Below, piece by piece: positions 11,470 to 24,450 of a stretch of DNA of 41,225 bases. The position numbers and the translations under genes were made by a program. This DNA is from Chiloscyllium plagiosum (taxonomy: Eukaryota), in the NCBI RefSeq assembly GCF_004010195.1, contig NW_025214654.1:1-41225 (forward strand), written 5' to 3'. The notes beneath the pieces are model-generated. The model saw only the letters and a program-made list of their open reading frames with translations. It was not told the DNA's origin and did no database searches. Within the stretch, counting starts at the first letter, position 1, and each line of letters begins with the position of its first letter.

Positions 11470-13260
11470 AGAATATAGAGAGGTGAGAATTCAAGATTAT
11501 CACCTTCATGATGGAATATAACGTAGTGAGAAAACTGATGGAATTTAAGAAAATTGTTAAAATCGATTATTCAGAAATTAAAGAAAGGACATTTACAGAG
11601 CCAAGCCACAATCCATCCGAATCAACATAATTTTACAAAGGATGAATCGTATTTTCCTTATTTATTTGAGTCTTTAAGAACGTAACAAGCAAGCTGCATC
11701 ATGGGGATCCTGGAGATGTAAAATCAGGACTTGCAGAAGACATTGAATAAGGTGTGCACAAAAGATTAATCTGCAGAATAAGATCACATATGGTTAGAAG
11801 TAATTTGTTCGCTTGGATATAGGATTGGTGAAGCAAAGAATTGCAGTGAGATGGAAAAACTGGTTCATTTTCTGTTTCCGAAAAATACCATAGGGCTCAG
11901 TCCCCAGGCCCCAACTAATAGCAATCAATACTATCACTTATTTGAGGGGATGGACATGCTATAATCAGTTTTTCAGAATACACTGACTCAGGTGAGAAAG
12001 TGTAATGAATTTTTATGGATAGGTTGGGCCATTATTTGTCAGATGAAATGAAACAATGAAAAGTATGCGGCCGTTTTTGTCGGTGTAACAGAAGAGCAAC
12101 TTACTATCCAAACAGAGGGAAACTCCAGAGTTTTAAGGTACAGAGGGATCTGGTATCCTCATCCATATCGCAAAAAACACAGATGCAGGTATAGCAGATA
12201 ATGAGAAAGGCAACTGCAAATTTGGCATTTATTTCTGAAAGAATAGATTATAAAGCAAGGGAGGTGTTGCTGCAATAATGCCAGGCATTGTGAGATCGCA
12301 ATTGAGTACTGTGTACAGTTTTGGTATCCTGACTGCAGGAGGGATGTAATTACCATGGAGGCAGTTCAGAAGAGGTTTACTAGACTGATTCCAGAGATAA
12401 GGAGTTTGTCCTCTGAAGAGAGATTGAGCACTTCAGGTCTATACTCTCTGGAGTTTAGAAAAATGGGAGGAGATGTCACTGAGGTCTGGACAATGCTAAC
12501 GGTGATTGATAATGTCGATATGTATTGGGTATTTCCTCATGGGGGCAATCTAAACAAGAGATAATAGTTTTAGGATAAGTGGAGCAGAATTAAAACAGTG
12601 ATGAGAGAACTTCTCTCAAAGGATTGTAAATCTGTGTAATTCACTGTTCCAGAGTGGAGTGGATGCTGGGTTATTGAGTAACTGACGGGATATGGAGAGT
12701 GGGCCGGAAAGTGGGACTGAGACCGAGATGACATCAGCCTTGAGTGTATTCAATGGTGGAGCAGGCTGACATCACATATGATTGTATTCAATGGTGGAGC
12801 AGGCTGGAGGGGCTGGATTGCTGACTGATGTTCCTCGTCCTTATTCAGCCCTTCGAATGGGGGAACACAGGAATGGGGAAAGGCTGGTTATTAAACAGAA
12901 AGCAGGCACTCCAGATAAATCAGTTATAATCAGTTTTAAAGAATGTAACCAGTAGGGTCACACAATGACCAGTGCAGGGTCTTCAACTATTTACCATCTA
13001 TATCAATGATCTAGAGAAGTGGAACAAATGTACTGTAACTAAGTTTGCCAATGGAACTAAGATAAGCAGGAAAATAAATAATCAATGGAAGTTGTAGAGT
13101 CTGTAAATGGATATGGACAAGTTAATCAATGGATAAAAGTTTGGCAGGCGGGATTTAACGTCATATATAACCTGTCATTTTCTTCCAGGAAGAACGGCAA
13201 GCAGTATGTTACTGAAATACAGAGGGATTACAGGACTTAGTGATACCGTGTGTATTGGAG
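11470..13260 (+). mobile_element. two old CR1 fragments in tandem (block W)
   Basis: MEAVQKRFTRLIPEIRSLSSEERLSTSGLYSLEFRKMGGD, CR1 3' UTR to about 12840, then a second RT fragment. There is a 38-bp local duplication at 12729-12804. Confidence 0.85.
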
Positions 13261-13329
13261 GGCTCACTCTGAGCCGTTCAGACACGGCAAGTGTTTCTCC
13301 ATCACCCTGATCGTTTGCTGCCTGATGTT

Positions 13330-14080
13330 CTCAGCGGGCCTATTGCTCTCATCCACCATATATATCCTCCGTCACTGAATGATGACACTGATGTTGAGAT
13401 CGGAGAGATAATGGAGCCATCACCCACTCCTGCCTGGAAAGTTCAGGAACATAGAAGCTGAATGAAACTGTGACCATAAAGGCCACTGATAGCACCGCCC
13501 TCCCCCTGGTGTGAAGCTGCAGGTCGTGTTGAAGGAGGTGACACCGCTCTGTGACCAGCTGCTTGTTCAATCAGTGTCCCCTCAAACTCTGCTCCTGGGT
13601 TAAGTGGAGCTTGGGAAGCTGTTCCTGGAAAACCTGAGGTGGATCCAGCAGATCCCTTTCTCCAGACATACGCACCGCGTGGTTTCAGAGCTTCCCCTCT
13701 CTGCAGCCTCTGCTCCATTTGTTGTTCATGTTACAGACCTAGATGCTGTAACTACAGTCCACATGCTCCATCCAGAGTTGGGTCACCAAGTCACAGGTCT
13801 CCCTGAATGCCTGAGGCATCTCACAGCACAGCCTCCCGAAAACCATTCCCAGCACTTCCACTAACTTTCCAATAACAGGAGTCGGTCAGAAGCCCCTCAG
13901 TTACACGTTTGATGCCTGGTAATTAACAATAATACTCGAGGGGCTTCCTCGTGTAACTGACCGCATGATCAGCTGAGAGGGGCAAACACAGATGTTCAGT
14001 GAACAGGCACAGGACCAGGTTCAAAGACGTGTCTCAAAGCTGCTGGGACCCCCTGTCCACCATGGATCACCACATGGGAC
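13330..14080 (-). mobile_element. Harbinger transposase remnant (copy B)
   Basis: PPQVFQEQLPKLHLTQEQSLR...KQLVTERCHLLQHDLQLHTRGRAVLSVAFMVTVSFSFY resembles the HARBI1-type N-terminal HTH region. Confidence 0.75.
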
Positions 14081-14879
14081 ACAACGGGAAGTGAGCAACA
14101 GCCAACACACACTCTCCTGTCCATGGAGCACCACATGGGACACACCGGGAAGTGAACAGCCCGAGACACACCATTTCATTGTTTCTGAGCTTCAAGTGCC
14201 AGCTCTTGATACATTAACGATCCAAATGGGACCCACAGCCGTGATGTATAGAAGAGCATGAGCCGCACACTTTGCATGTTGTTTCTGAACTTCATAATTA
14301 CGTCCCCGGGGATTCAGGGATATGAGAACCAACGGCCAGGTTAAGGTACAGAAAGACGGATATTCGTGTTATATTTGGATGATTACTTGATCAACAAGTT
14401 GAAAAAATATAGCTCTTCTCAGAGAAATGGGATTAGCTGGAGGAGTCAGACACTGGCGGGTCCAATGACAAGAATAAAAGCATAAAATAAATATGCTGAC
14501 AGATTAGCTCAAATGATCAGTTATGCCAGATACCAAATCCGCCTCACAGAATCAGACATCGTAATCCAGATGAGATATCTATTCAGCGTGAAGCACTGTG
14601 CAGACCAGGCCAGTGTACCGCTCAATACAACCCAGCAATCTGTACAGACTGTGCAGACCACATCAGTCCACGGGGAGCTGTGCAGTGAATAACTCTGTAA
14701 ACCTGGAGCAGTTACCCTTCCAGCATGTAGAGCTGTGTCCACCATCCCAGTGCATGCTCAGTAACACTGTGTTTGATCACTGCCCATGTCGGGAAAATTG
14801 CTGTCCATGCTGGAGGTGACAGGATGTGCAACTCCCATCCATTTACAGCTCCATACGTTCATTGTGCCAGGCGCTTTAG

Positions 14880-16995
14880 AACATCTAGTCAAGAGGAAGG
14901 ATGAAGCTTGCTTAAGGTTGAGGAGGCAAGGGTTAGACAGGGCTGTAGAAGGTTGCAATGATACCAGGAAGGAACTGAAGAATGAACTCAGTAGAGATAA
15001 AAATGGGCATGAAAAAGCCTTGGCGAGTCGGATTGAGATAAAACCTAAGACGTTCTACACTTATGTGAGGAACAATAGGATGGCCAGAGTGAGTGTAGGG
15101 CTGATCAGGGATAGTGGAGGGAACTTGCGCCAGGAGTCGGAGGAGATAGTGGAGGTTCTTAATGAATGTATTGCTTCAGAATTCACTAACGAAAGGGACA
15201 TTGCCGTTTCTGGGGACAGCATGAAACAGGCGGATATGCTAGAACAGGAGGATTTGCTGAAAAAAATGAAAAACACACGGATAGATAAATTTTCTTGGGC
15301 AAACAGGATATGCCCTAGGATACTATAGGAAGCGAGAGAAGCATTTTGCGATGATTTTTGCATCTTTACTGTCCACTGGAGTCTTGCCAGATGACAGGAG
15401 GCTGGCAAAAGTTATTCCCTGGTTCAAGGAAAGGAATAGACATAATCTTGGGAATAATTGGCCAATCAGTCTTACTCCAGTGACGGGCAAAATATTGGAG
15501 AGGATTTGCGAGGCAGAATTTATGAATGCTTGGAAAATTATAAATGATTAGAGACAGTCAGCATGGTTTTGTGAGGAGCAGGTCATGCCTCATAGATCTT
15601 ATTGAATTCCTTAAGGATGTGACATAACACGTTGATGAATTAGAGCAGTGGATGTGGTATATATGGATTTTAACAAGGCGTTTGACAAAGTTACCCACGG
15701 TAAGCTCATTCACAAAGTAAGGAGGCATAGCTTACAGGGAGAGCTGGCTGTCTGGATGCAGAATTGGCTGGCCCACAGAAGACAGAAGGTGGTGGTAGAT
15801 GGAACAGATGCAGCCTGGAGCATGGTGACCAGCTTGGTGATCTGTTCTGGGATCTCTGCTCTTTGTGATTTTTTTAAATAAGAGAGTTGGATGACGAATT
15901 GGAAAGGTGGGTTCATAGGTTTGCCGATGTCACAAACTTTGGTGGAGTTGTGGTTAGTATGGAGGGCTCTTGTAGGTTGCAACAGACATTGACAGAACTG
16001 TGCTGATGAGTGACAGATCGAGTTAAAACTGGAACAGCGGGATCTTGAGGTCCATGTCGATAGATCCTCAAAGTTGCATCTAGTTGATGCTGTTGTTTAG
16101 AAGGCGTATGATGTATTGGCTTTCACAGCCGGGGAGCTCAGTTTTAGAGCTGTGAGGTTATGCTGCAGCTCTATAATCCCACTGTTTAACCCACAGTAAT
16201 AAAGTTGAATGCTGTTCTGCATTGAGAGCTTGCAAGTACTTGTCATATGACGAGCTAATATTTTCAGAGTGCACTGGACAATTTAAACTCTGTAACATTT
16301 GGCTGTGAAACAGATATGTTGAGCTTTGGTTGCTCTTTTGACAACTATTCGAATTTAACCAATTAAGTTGAAATTATGTCCCGCTATACTAAACCCAATC
16401 AATTTTAAATTTATTGTTTTGCCAACATCAAACCAAGGAGGTGAGCTGATGTTGAGGGATTAAAGAGGCACGCATTTTGGAAGTTAGACAGAAAGTAAAC
16501 TGCCATTGTGCGAGTCTGCCATGAACAACATTCTCTGTGCAAGATACCTTTTTTTGGACGGAAAAATCTTGCATTAACAGACATAACATGACCCAGGGAG
16601 ATATTCATTGGAAAGAAGGAGGGCATTGGAGATTGTCTGGTTTATGTAATTTTAATACAGTTTTTCTTTAATTTGAAGAGTATATTATTAAATGTGGAGG
16701 AAGATAACAAACAGTTCAGAGAAAGGGAAGCTTAGAGTGGGACTAACTGTTGTTGTCAATGTTCACTTTTAGAATTAAGGAATACATTGATATTATTTTC
16801 TATTACGTAATGGAATTTGCGAGCTCTCTATCACTCGACTTTAACAGATTCTGAGCGAGGTGAGCTTTTCTCAGTGTTTGGTTTAATTAGCAGAAGGGTT
16901 CATCGCCGTGTCATAACACACATTTGTAATACCGCGTTCTGGTCACCTCATTAAAGGAAAGAGGTGGAAGCTATTGACAGGATGCAGAGAATTAC
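14880..16995 (+). mobile_element. CR1 LINE ORF2 fragment interrupted by a probable solo LTR
   Basis: HEKALASRIEIKPKTFYTYV, NNWPISLTPVTGKILE, DVVYMDFNKAFDKVTHGKL. Confidence 0.9.
16195..16918. mobile_element. probable solo LTR (about 720 bp)
   Basis: Non-CR1 block that starts agtaat (close to TGTAAT) and ends gtgtcataaca. CR1 sequence resumes in register afterwards (...gttctggtcacctcattaaaggaaag). Confidence 0.55.
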
Positions 16996-17129
16996 CTATG
17001 GAACAGCAGAAAGATTGACACAAGCCAGACAGAGTGAGTGAAATATTGAGAAAGTCACCATATGAAAAAAAACACTGGCAGGTTCCAGTGTGCATAAACA
17101 TCAGTGTGGCAGTGGAGGTAGTGCGTCTG

Positions 17130-18390
17130 TATTGATGACTGGGTATCTGTGTGTGTGTGCATCTGTGTATCGGTATTTGTTTTTGTGCGCCTGTATTAGT
17201 ATATGTGCTATTGCATCAGTCTCCGTGTGTGGCTATGCATCTATATTCATTTCTGTGTGTCTCTGCATGTCTGATTTTGTCTCTGTGTGTAAAAGTGTTT
17301 CTGCATTTATCGCTGTGCTTATCTGCATGTCTGTATTTGTCTCTGTGCATATCTGCGTGCCTGTATTTGTGTCTGTGTGCATCTGCATGTCTGTATTCGT
17401 CACTGTGTGTATCTGACTGTCTGTATTCACCTCTGTGTGTATCTGCGTGTCTGTATACATCTCTCTGTATATCTACGTGTCTCTATTCGTCTCTGTGTGT
17501 ATCTGCGTATCACTGTGTGTATCAGCGCGTCTGTTTTTGTCTCTGTGTATATCGGTTTATCTGTGTTCAACTCTGTGTGTATACGTGTATCTGTATTCGT
17601 CTCTGTTGGTATCTGTGTGACTTTAATCGTCTCTGTGTGTAACTGTGTGTCAATATTTTCCATTCTGTGTATCTGCGTGTCTATATTTGTCTTTCTGTGT
17701 ATCTGTCTGTCTGTATTCGTCTCTGTGTGCATCTGAATGTCTGCATTCATCTCTGAATCTGCGTGTCTGTATTCATCTGCGTGTCTGTATTCGTCTCTAT
17801 GTGTTTCCGTGTGCCTGTATTCATCTCTGTATCTGCGTGTCTGTATTCGTCTCTATGTGTTTCCGTGTGCCTGTATTCATCTCTGTATCTGCGTGTCTGT
17901 ATTCGTCTCTATGTGTTTCCGTGTGCCTGTATTCATCTCTGTATCTGCGTGTCTGTATTCGTCTCTATGTGTTTCCGTGTGCCTGTATTCATCTCTGTAT
18001 CTGCGTGTCTGTATTCGTCTCTATGTGTTTCCGTGTGCCTGTATTCATCTCTGTATCTGCGTGTCTGTATTCGTCTCTATGTGTTTCCGTGTGCCTGTAT
18101 TCATCTCTGTATCTGCGTGTCTGTATTCGTCTCTATGTGTATCTGTGTGCCTGTATTCATCTCCGTTGTGTATCTGCCTGTCTGTATTTGTCTCTGTGTA
18201 TATCTGTGTGCCTGTATTTGTTTATGTGTGTCGCTGCACGTCGGTATTCGTCTCTCTGTGCGCCTGTGCATCTGTATTCATCTCTGTGTGTCTGTATTTG
18301 TCTCTTTGTGTATTTGCGTGTCTGTTTTCATCTCTGCATTTTGTCTGCGTGACTGTATTCATCTCTGTGTGTATCTGTGTGTCCATGTGC
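17130..18390. repeat. TG-rich minisatellite (about 30-bp unit) with a homogeneous 56-bp higher-order core
   Basis: Six identical 56-mers start at 17779, 17835, 17891, 17947, 18003 and 18059. Confidence 0.95.
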
Positions 18391-18899
18391 ACAGCAGATC
18401 TGTCAGCCTCTCTAGTGTTTAAGGTGATGCAATGTCCCCCTCTGCTAGCCTTCACACTCCTCTGCGTTGACAGCACCGCAGGGTGACAACCATCAGGGAA
18501 TTCAATCTGGGAGGGAGGGGGAGGGAGGCAGCTCATAGCGCCATCCAAACTGATAGAACCATCTGCACACGCACACACACACAGTTTGGTATATGGAGGA
18601 TTGTAATCGTACTGAGGACTTTTAGAGTGGATAATGTTCATGCAAAGTTATGTCTATGGTCGCTCTGCAATGTGGAAGTGATTTGTCTTTGAAGATTATT
18701 CATGACACAGAGTGCGCAAATTAAAGAGTATTTCTATCGCAAATGCATCCAAGCAAGGTTGACAGAACCAGTTGTAAGTCAATGCAATGAAAATATTGCA
18801 CGTTCATTGATCCAATGGGATAAGTGGCCTGATTCTGGTCCATTTTCCCATTTTCAGGAGAGAGTCGCTTTCAAAGGTTGAATTTGAATGCAGCTTACA

Positions 18900-19640
18900 G
18901 GGTCAAAGGTAGGATTCTTGGCAGTGTGGAGGAACAAAGGGATCTTGGGGTCCACGTCCGTAGATTCCTCAAAGTTGCCAAAGCCCTCAAGGTGATTGGG
19001 CTGTTAAGAATGTGTATGATGTGTTGGCTTTTATAAGCTGGGGGATTCATTTAAGAGTTGCGAGGTTATGCTGCAGCTCCATAAAGGCCTGGTTAGATCA
19101 CAATTGGAATATTGTGTTGTGTTCTGTTCGCTCCATTAAAGGAAGGATGTGGAAGCTTTAGAAAGGGTGCAGACTGGAGTTAGCAGAATGTTGTCTGTTC
19201 TGTAGGGCATGTCTTACGAAGACGGTTTGAGTGAGCTTTAGCTTTTCTCATTAGAGTAAAGAAGGATGAACGGTGACTTGATAAAGGTGTGCAAGATGAT
19301 GAGAGGCACAGATAGAATGGATAAGTAGAGTCTTTTTCATAGGGTGGAAATGGCTAACACGAGGGAAACATAATTTTAATGTGATTGGAGGCAGGTTTGG
19401 GGAGATGTCAGAGGCAGGTTGTTTACACAGGTAGTGAGAGGTGCGTAGAATGCACTTACAGCAGTGGTAGTAGAATCAGCTACAGTAGGGATATTCAAGT
19501 AACTCTTGGATAGGCACATAGATGACAATAGGATGAAGGCTCTGCAGTCTAATTTAATCTTAGAGCAGGATAAAAGGTCGCCACACCATTGAGGGCTGAA
19601 GGGCTCTCACTGTGCTGTACTGTTCAATGGTCGCTGTTCT
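18900..19640 (+). mobile_element. CR1 3' portion
   Basis: ggattcttggcagtgtggaggaacaaagggatcttggggtcc... through the 3' UTR gagggctgaagggc...tgtgctgtactgttc. Confidence 0.9.
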
Positions 19641-19659
19641 AATTTCTTGACCTCTCGTG

Positions 19660-20870
19660 AACATATTGTACCTGGAGTTCCTTTAACTTCACTGGAGGTT
19701 AATCTGGTCAGTGTTTGATTGTCGAGGGTTAATGGAAATTTCGGGAGGTTTGAGGGGCTGAATGGTCTATATCTGTTCCTAACCGTTGTGTCAAAAGAAT
19801 AATGATTGGTTTGAGCGTAACGCATTTTGAGAATAAGGGCATTCCTATTTCAGACTGGGAAGGGGATGTTCCTTTCTCTTTAGGAATGTGTGGTCTGTGG
19901 ACTTCTCATGCCCAAGGAGCAGTGAAGACTGGGTTGATGAAAACACTCAAGGCGGAGTTATATCGATCTTTGAGGAACAAGAGAATCAATGTTTATTGGG
20001 AACAGACAGGAAAGGGATGCTTAGTTATAATCACATCAACAATGAACATTCTGAATTGTGCAGCAGGCTCGAGGGGCTGAATGGCCACCTGCTGCTCTTG
20101 CTTCATGTGTTGTTCACTCACCCAACCCCTCGATGCTGTTACAGAAGGTGAGGAAGATCACATTCAGCCATTCAGGATCGATCTGCCCCTCTAAGTAATT
20201 ATAAAGAAATAGGATGAAGCTCTTCAGCCATTTCAGTACATTATGCAGCACAAGAGGAGGTCACACCTACTTTCTAGATTGCTACACAGGAACAGGGGAG
20301 TCCTGGGTAACTATCAGAAAATAGATAGTCGGGAATAATGTGTATTTTCAGATTGGAAATCTATAACTTGGTGAAGTGCATCAGAGATCAGTGCAACATC
20401 AAAAGCTATTTAGAATCTGTCAATGATTTGCGTGTGGGAACTGATTGGATGGAACTCAATTGGCTCAACCACTAAGATTCGATAAGATGTCAAGTGGAGG
20501 TAGAGAGTCTGTAATGTGAAATAGACAGGGAAGGTTAGTGTGCAAATCTTTGGCAGAAACAGGATAACATGGACTACCGAGGTTTGTGCTATGGCAGAAG
20601 GGTAAAACAACAGTAAACTAATTAAAAGAAGAGAGATCACAAAACTCAGTTGTACAAAGGGTAGATACATCACACGGGGTTAGTATGCATATTCAGCAAG
20701 TAATTAGGAAGGTATTTTGAATGATTACTGCATGAAAAGTCTGTCAGGATATTTTACTGCATCTGTACGGAGGATATCTGAGTCAACATCTGTGAGCAGT
20801 GATGATTCCATAAACTGAAAAATAAATATACTCAATAGCTTTAGAAGCTTTGCGAAGATGTTTCACTGCA
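19660..20870 (+). mobile_element. cluster of old CR1 fragments
   Basis: CR1 3' ends (gcaggctcgaggggctgaatggcc at about 20063-20086) and a decayed RT segment at 20320-20870. Confidence 0.65.
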
Positions 20871-20899
20871 CTTGCTCCTGGAAAGAAGGCCTTATTCCG

Positions 20900-21250
20900 T
20901 CATTCCGCACGGAACAGACCCTTCGCTGCACCATGTCCATGCCGACGAGATGTCCTAAATTAATCAAGTTCCATTTGCCAGCACTTGGCCCATATCCCAT
21001 AAAAACTTCGTGTTCACTCAAATGGCTTCATTCAAATGGCTTTAAATGCTGTAGCTGTCCCACCCTCCAACATTTCCTCTGGCAGTTCATTCTATACACT
21101 CTGTGAAAAGTTACCACTTTTGTCCCTTTTAAATCTTTCTCCCCTCACCTTCAATCTATATGCTCTAGTTTTGGACTGTCCTAAGCTCGGAAAATGTTCT
21201 TGGATCTTCACCATTTCCTTGCTCCTCATGATGTTATAAATCTACATAAG
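20900..21250 (-). mobile_element. CR1 3' end, antisense
   Basis: cccatttgcc-like sequence, gcacttggcccatatccc and ctctggcagttcattc...aaatctttctcccctcacctt are typical reverse-complement CR1 3' sequence. Confidence 0.8.
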
Positions 21251-22669
21251 GCGAGAGCACTTCAGGGTTGAGAAGGAGAGACGTTCGTATTGAACTGTGT
21301 AAGACATTGAGGAGAGTGTATCTGGTGCATAGCCTATGGACATTTTCTCTGGTATGGGAGTCTAGAACTGAGGATTCAAATTTAAGAAAACAACGGTATA
21401 TGTTATATATTCTTTTCATAGTATAAGAAAACAAATACTATGAAGACATGATTTGCTTGGACAAAAATATGAGGACACATACAAATGTATCTTCATTAAA
21501 ACTCCTACATGGAGTAGAGAATAGGGACAGAATCATACAGTTCCGAGAATGTTCAAGGAGGCCTCACGTGGTTCAGTTTGGTTTTCAGATAACATTATTG
21601 TATATTTCTGCTCAGAGATGGAGAAAATGCAACATGTTGGAGAAGCCACTGCTTATTGCTCCCTCTCTTTCCTTGTTCCTGCTCGCAGCAATGTATGAGA
21701 GGTGAAAACTGTTCAGTCAAATTATCATTCATGTAGGATTACTGTTGAGGAATCATTGGCATCTCCCTACTGCCTAAATTCAAAGGTATTTCAGCCAATC
21801 CGACTGTTCCAGGAATAAATCCTGCTTGTCTGAGCAGAACAACTTCAGAGGCAGAATAACATTTAATTATTTTGCTTTTGTCTTGAGTTTAACTATTGCT
21901 TGGACAAAGCTCTTTCAAGCTGATATTTTGCAGCTTTTTTTTCCTGCTTGTATTTAGGTATGTGTATGTGTGTGTCTGTGTGCACTTGCGTGTGTGAGAT
22001 ACTGTGTATGTCTTAGTATGTGTGTCTGTGTGTATGCTCAGACTGCATCTCAGTATGCGTTCAAAGATAAATATTAATGTAAATATTTGTCCAAACTGTT
22101 TGCACTTTATTTTTCCATCTTAGCTTTGAGTAACTTTGCTTTGGTGAATTATTTTTGCAAATGTAAGATATCGAGCTGACTTGTCCCCAGCAAAGAACCT
22201 GACCTAGTCTGAGACCTATATCATTGGTCATATCACCAACCGGGTCACATTTAAAAGTTATCATGATCAATGGAGGAACGGGACTAGAAAATGAAACAGT
22301 GGTCTGTCCAACCCCAGTCTGAACACAGATGAGGAGAATTTCACAAAGGGTTGTTTGAGTGGGAATGCTCTTCCCCAGAAGTTTGTGGTGCCTGTGTGTT
22401 TTCATTTAGTCAAAGCATTTAGATATTGGACAGTAAAGGCCAATGAACTACAGATATGGAAGTGGGGCTGAGAACACATGCAGATAAACCACGATCTTAC
22501 TGCCTAGTTGAGAGGGCTTAAAGTGTCTAATGACATACTCCTACCCCTCAGTCCTACGTTCCTATGTTCCATTCAGTTCCTAAAAACTGCAAGACAGGAG
22601 CACTTGGAGTTCATTTATTCCGATAACCTGGTGCACAGAAACAGAGGAGACCATTCACTGACTGAAGAC

Positions 22670-22765
22670 TCGGGAGTGTAACGCTGTAAAAGCACAGCAG
22701 GTCAGGCAGCATCCGAGGAGCAGAAGAATCGCCGTTTCTGAGCATAAGCTTCTGCCCGAAACTTG
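22670..22765. mobile_element. truncated Penelope-derived terminal repeat
   Basis: aaaagcacagcaggtcaggcagcatccgaggagcag...gcccgaaac is the same family as the 8170 and 10830 insertions. Confidence 0.75.
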
Positions 22766-23049
22766 GTTTCAACAGAATACAAGGACGCTATTCAATCCAT
22801 TGAAACTATTGGATAAGAATAGGGATAGCCCATTCAGACCCTTCTGCCTATTACATAAGGAGGGAAGGAGTGTAGCCAGCACATCGAGATGTTAAACAGG
22901 AACCGGATTCGCCAAGTCAGGTCCTTGAGCAGCTTCCAGATGACCAGGACGTAGCCATTCAGCCTATCAAACCACATATACAGAAATAGGAAGATGTTTT
23001 TGATGCCCCAACATGACAAAGAGTGAAGCAGAGTCTACACAGATAGACT

Positions 23050-23420
23050 GTTCTATGTTGTTCCTCCTGGTTCCTTTGCTTGTGGTACACATGCGTCACT
23101 TTAACTTGGTTTGCTGAAGATGAGAGGGAAAAGTGAATGGTTTGTGTCAAGTCTCCAGGAAATGTCTTCTCTCTCCGAGAAGACATTATTGTACTCCTAT
23201 GGAGGCCAGACACTGATTGGAATGGCGAACTATTTCAGGAGTAAGGCATTAAGGCTGCTGATAGATTTATGAACAGTGCAGAGACACACACCAAATGCAC
23301 ACTGAGATGATGAGAATTCATTCAGAGCCTGGAGCTCCCTCTCAACCAGCATAAGGGTCTCCACACTGAAATGTGAACTGTTGGGAATTACATATCATGG
23401 GGAAAATGCAATTTCTCACA
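23050..23420 (-). mobile_element. Harbinger DDE-domain remnant, highly decayed
   Basis: Colinear similarity to 37600-37900 (gattggaatggc...ggctgctg...gagctc...ttgggaat). Confidence 0.5.
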
Positions 23421-23686
23421 AAATCATCATCTTTTTTTTCTGGACATAATAACTGTTAGTCCATAACCCTCAAGTTTAAATGTAATCGCTTGTTATTCTC
23501 TCGCTGTGCTAGTAATTTGCTCGATTATACTCTCATAACTTTTATCAGTTAATTATCGTTTACACAATGTAATTCAATAATTTGCTTGCAAAGGTTGAAA
23601 CATCTTATTGCACAGTTTATATGCCTTTTCTTTTTTATATATTTGTTTTAGGCTTAGCACAAAAGTAAATGTTTTGTTTTCTGAAC

Positions 23687-23940
23687 AGCATTGGGCACCT
23701 GTCTGTGTGGCGTTTGCCCATTCTCCCCGTGTCTGCGTGGGTTTTCTCTGGGTGCAACGGTTTCCTCCCACAATCCAAAGATATGCAGGTTAGGTGAATT
23801 GGCCATACTCAATTGCCCATAGTGTCAGGGGTGATTAGAGGGAAGGGGAATGGGTCTGGATGGGTTACTCTTCGGAAGGTCGATGTGGACTTGTTGGGCC
23901 GAAGGACCTAATTCCATATTGTATGTAATCTAAAAAAAAA
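23687..23940 (+). mobile_element. HE1-type (V-SINE) SINE, 5'-truncated
   Basis: cattctccccgtgtctgcgtgggtt...tttcctcccacaatccaaagatatgcaggttaggtgaattggcc; CR1-like tail and A-run. Confidence 0.85.
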
Positions 23941-24199
23941 GTGACCTGTTTATCTGGATTCAAGGGTCAGACACAATATGTATTTTCCATGGGCTAAGAA
24001 ACAAAAATGAATAGAAGACAGTGACTGTGGAGACTGATGAGGAGTAAAGTTACACCCCCAAGTCCCCAATGTCTTCTTGACAGACAGAATAAAATCAAAT
24101 GTAGAGAAAGAAACAGAATATATTCGGAAGAAGGAATTGCAAATGACAATGTAAACAAAACAGGATAATTTGAAATGGAAAGGCCGAACAGTGATTGAT

Positions 24200-24450
24200 C
24201 AGTGTGTGTGTGTGTGTGTGAAAGAGAGAGAGAGAATCTGTGTGTGTGTGTCTATCTGTGTGTGTGAGTTTGTGTATGTCTGTGTGTGTCTGTGCATGAG
24301 TGAGTGTGTGTGTCTGTGTGTGTGGGTGTTTGCATGTGTGTCTCTGTATGTGAGAGCGCGTCTGTGTGTGTGGGTGTCTGTGCGTGTGTCTCTGTGTGTG
24401 AGGGTGTCTGTGTGTGTGTGTGTGTTAGTGTGGATATCTGCGTGCAGATA
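24200..24450. repeat. (GT)n microsatellite
   Basis: TG runs. Confidence 0.9.

Noticed and set aside
14050..14170. Two-copy repeat of about 64 bp containing CGGGAAGTGA
   Set aside because: Small local duplication with no evidence of regulatory function.
14590..14780. CACTGTG/CACAGTG heptamers suggesting immunoglobulin recombination signals
   Set aside because: No convincing nonamer at 12/23 spacing and no V, J or C domain translation.
17090..18486. Long Cys/Val-rich ORFs and a CRISPR-like regular repeat
   Set aside because: TG minisatellite lacking stops; units are contiguous with no unique spacers and there are no cas genes.
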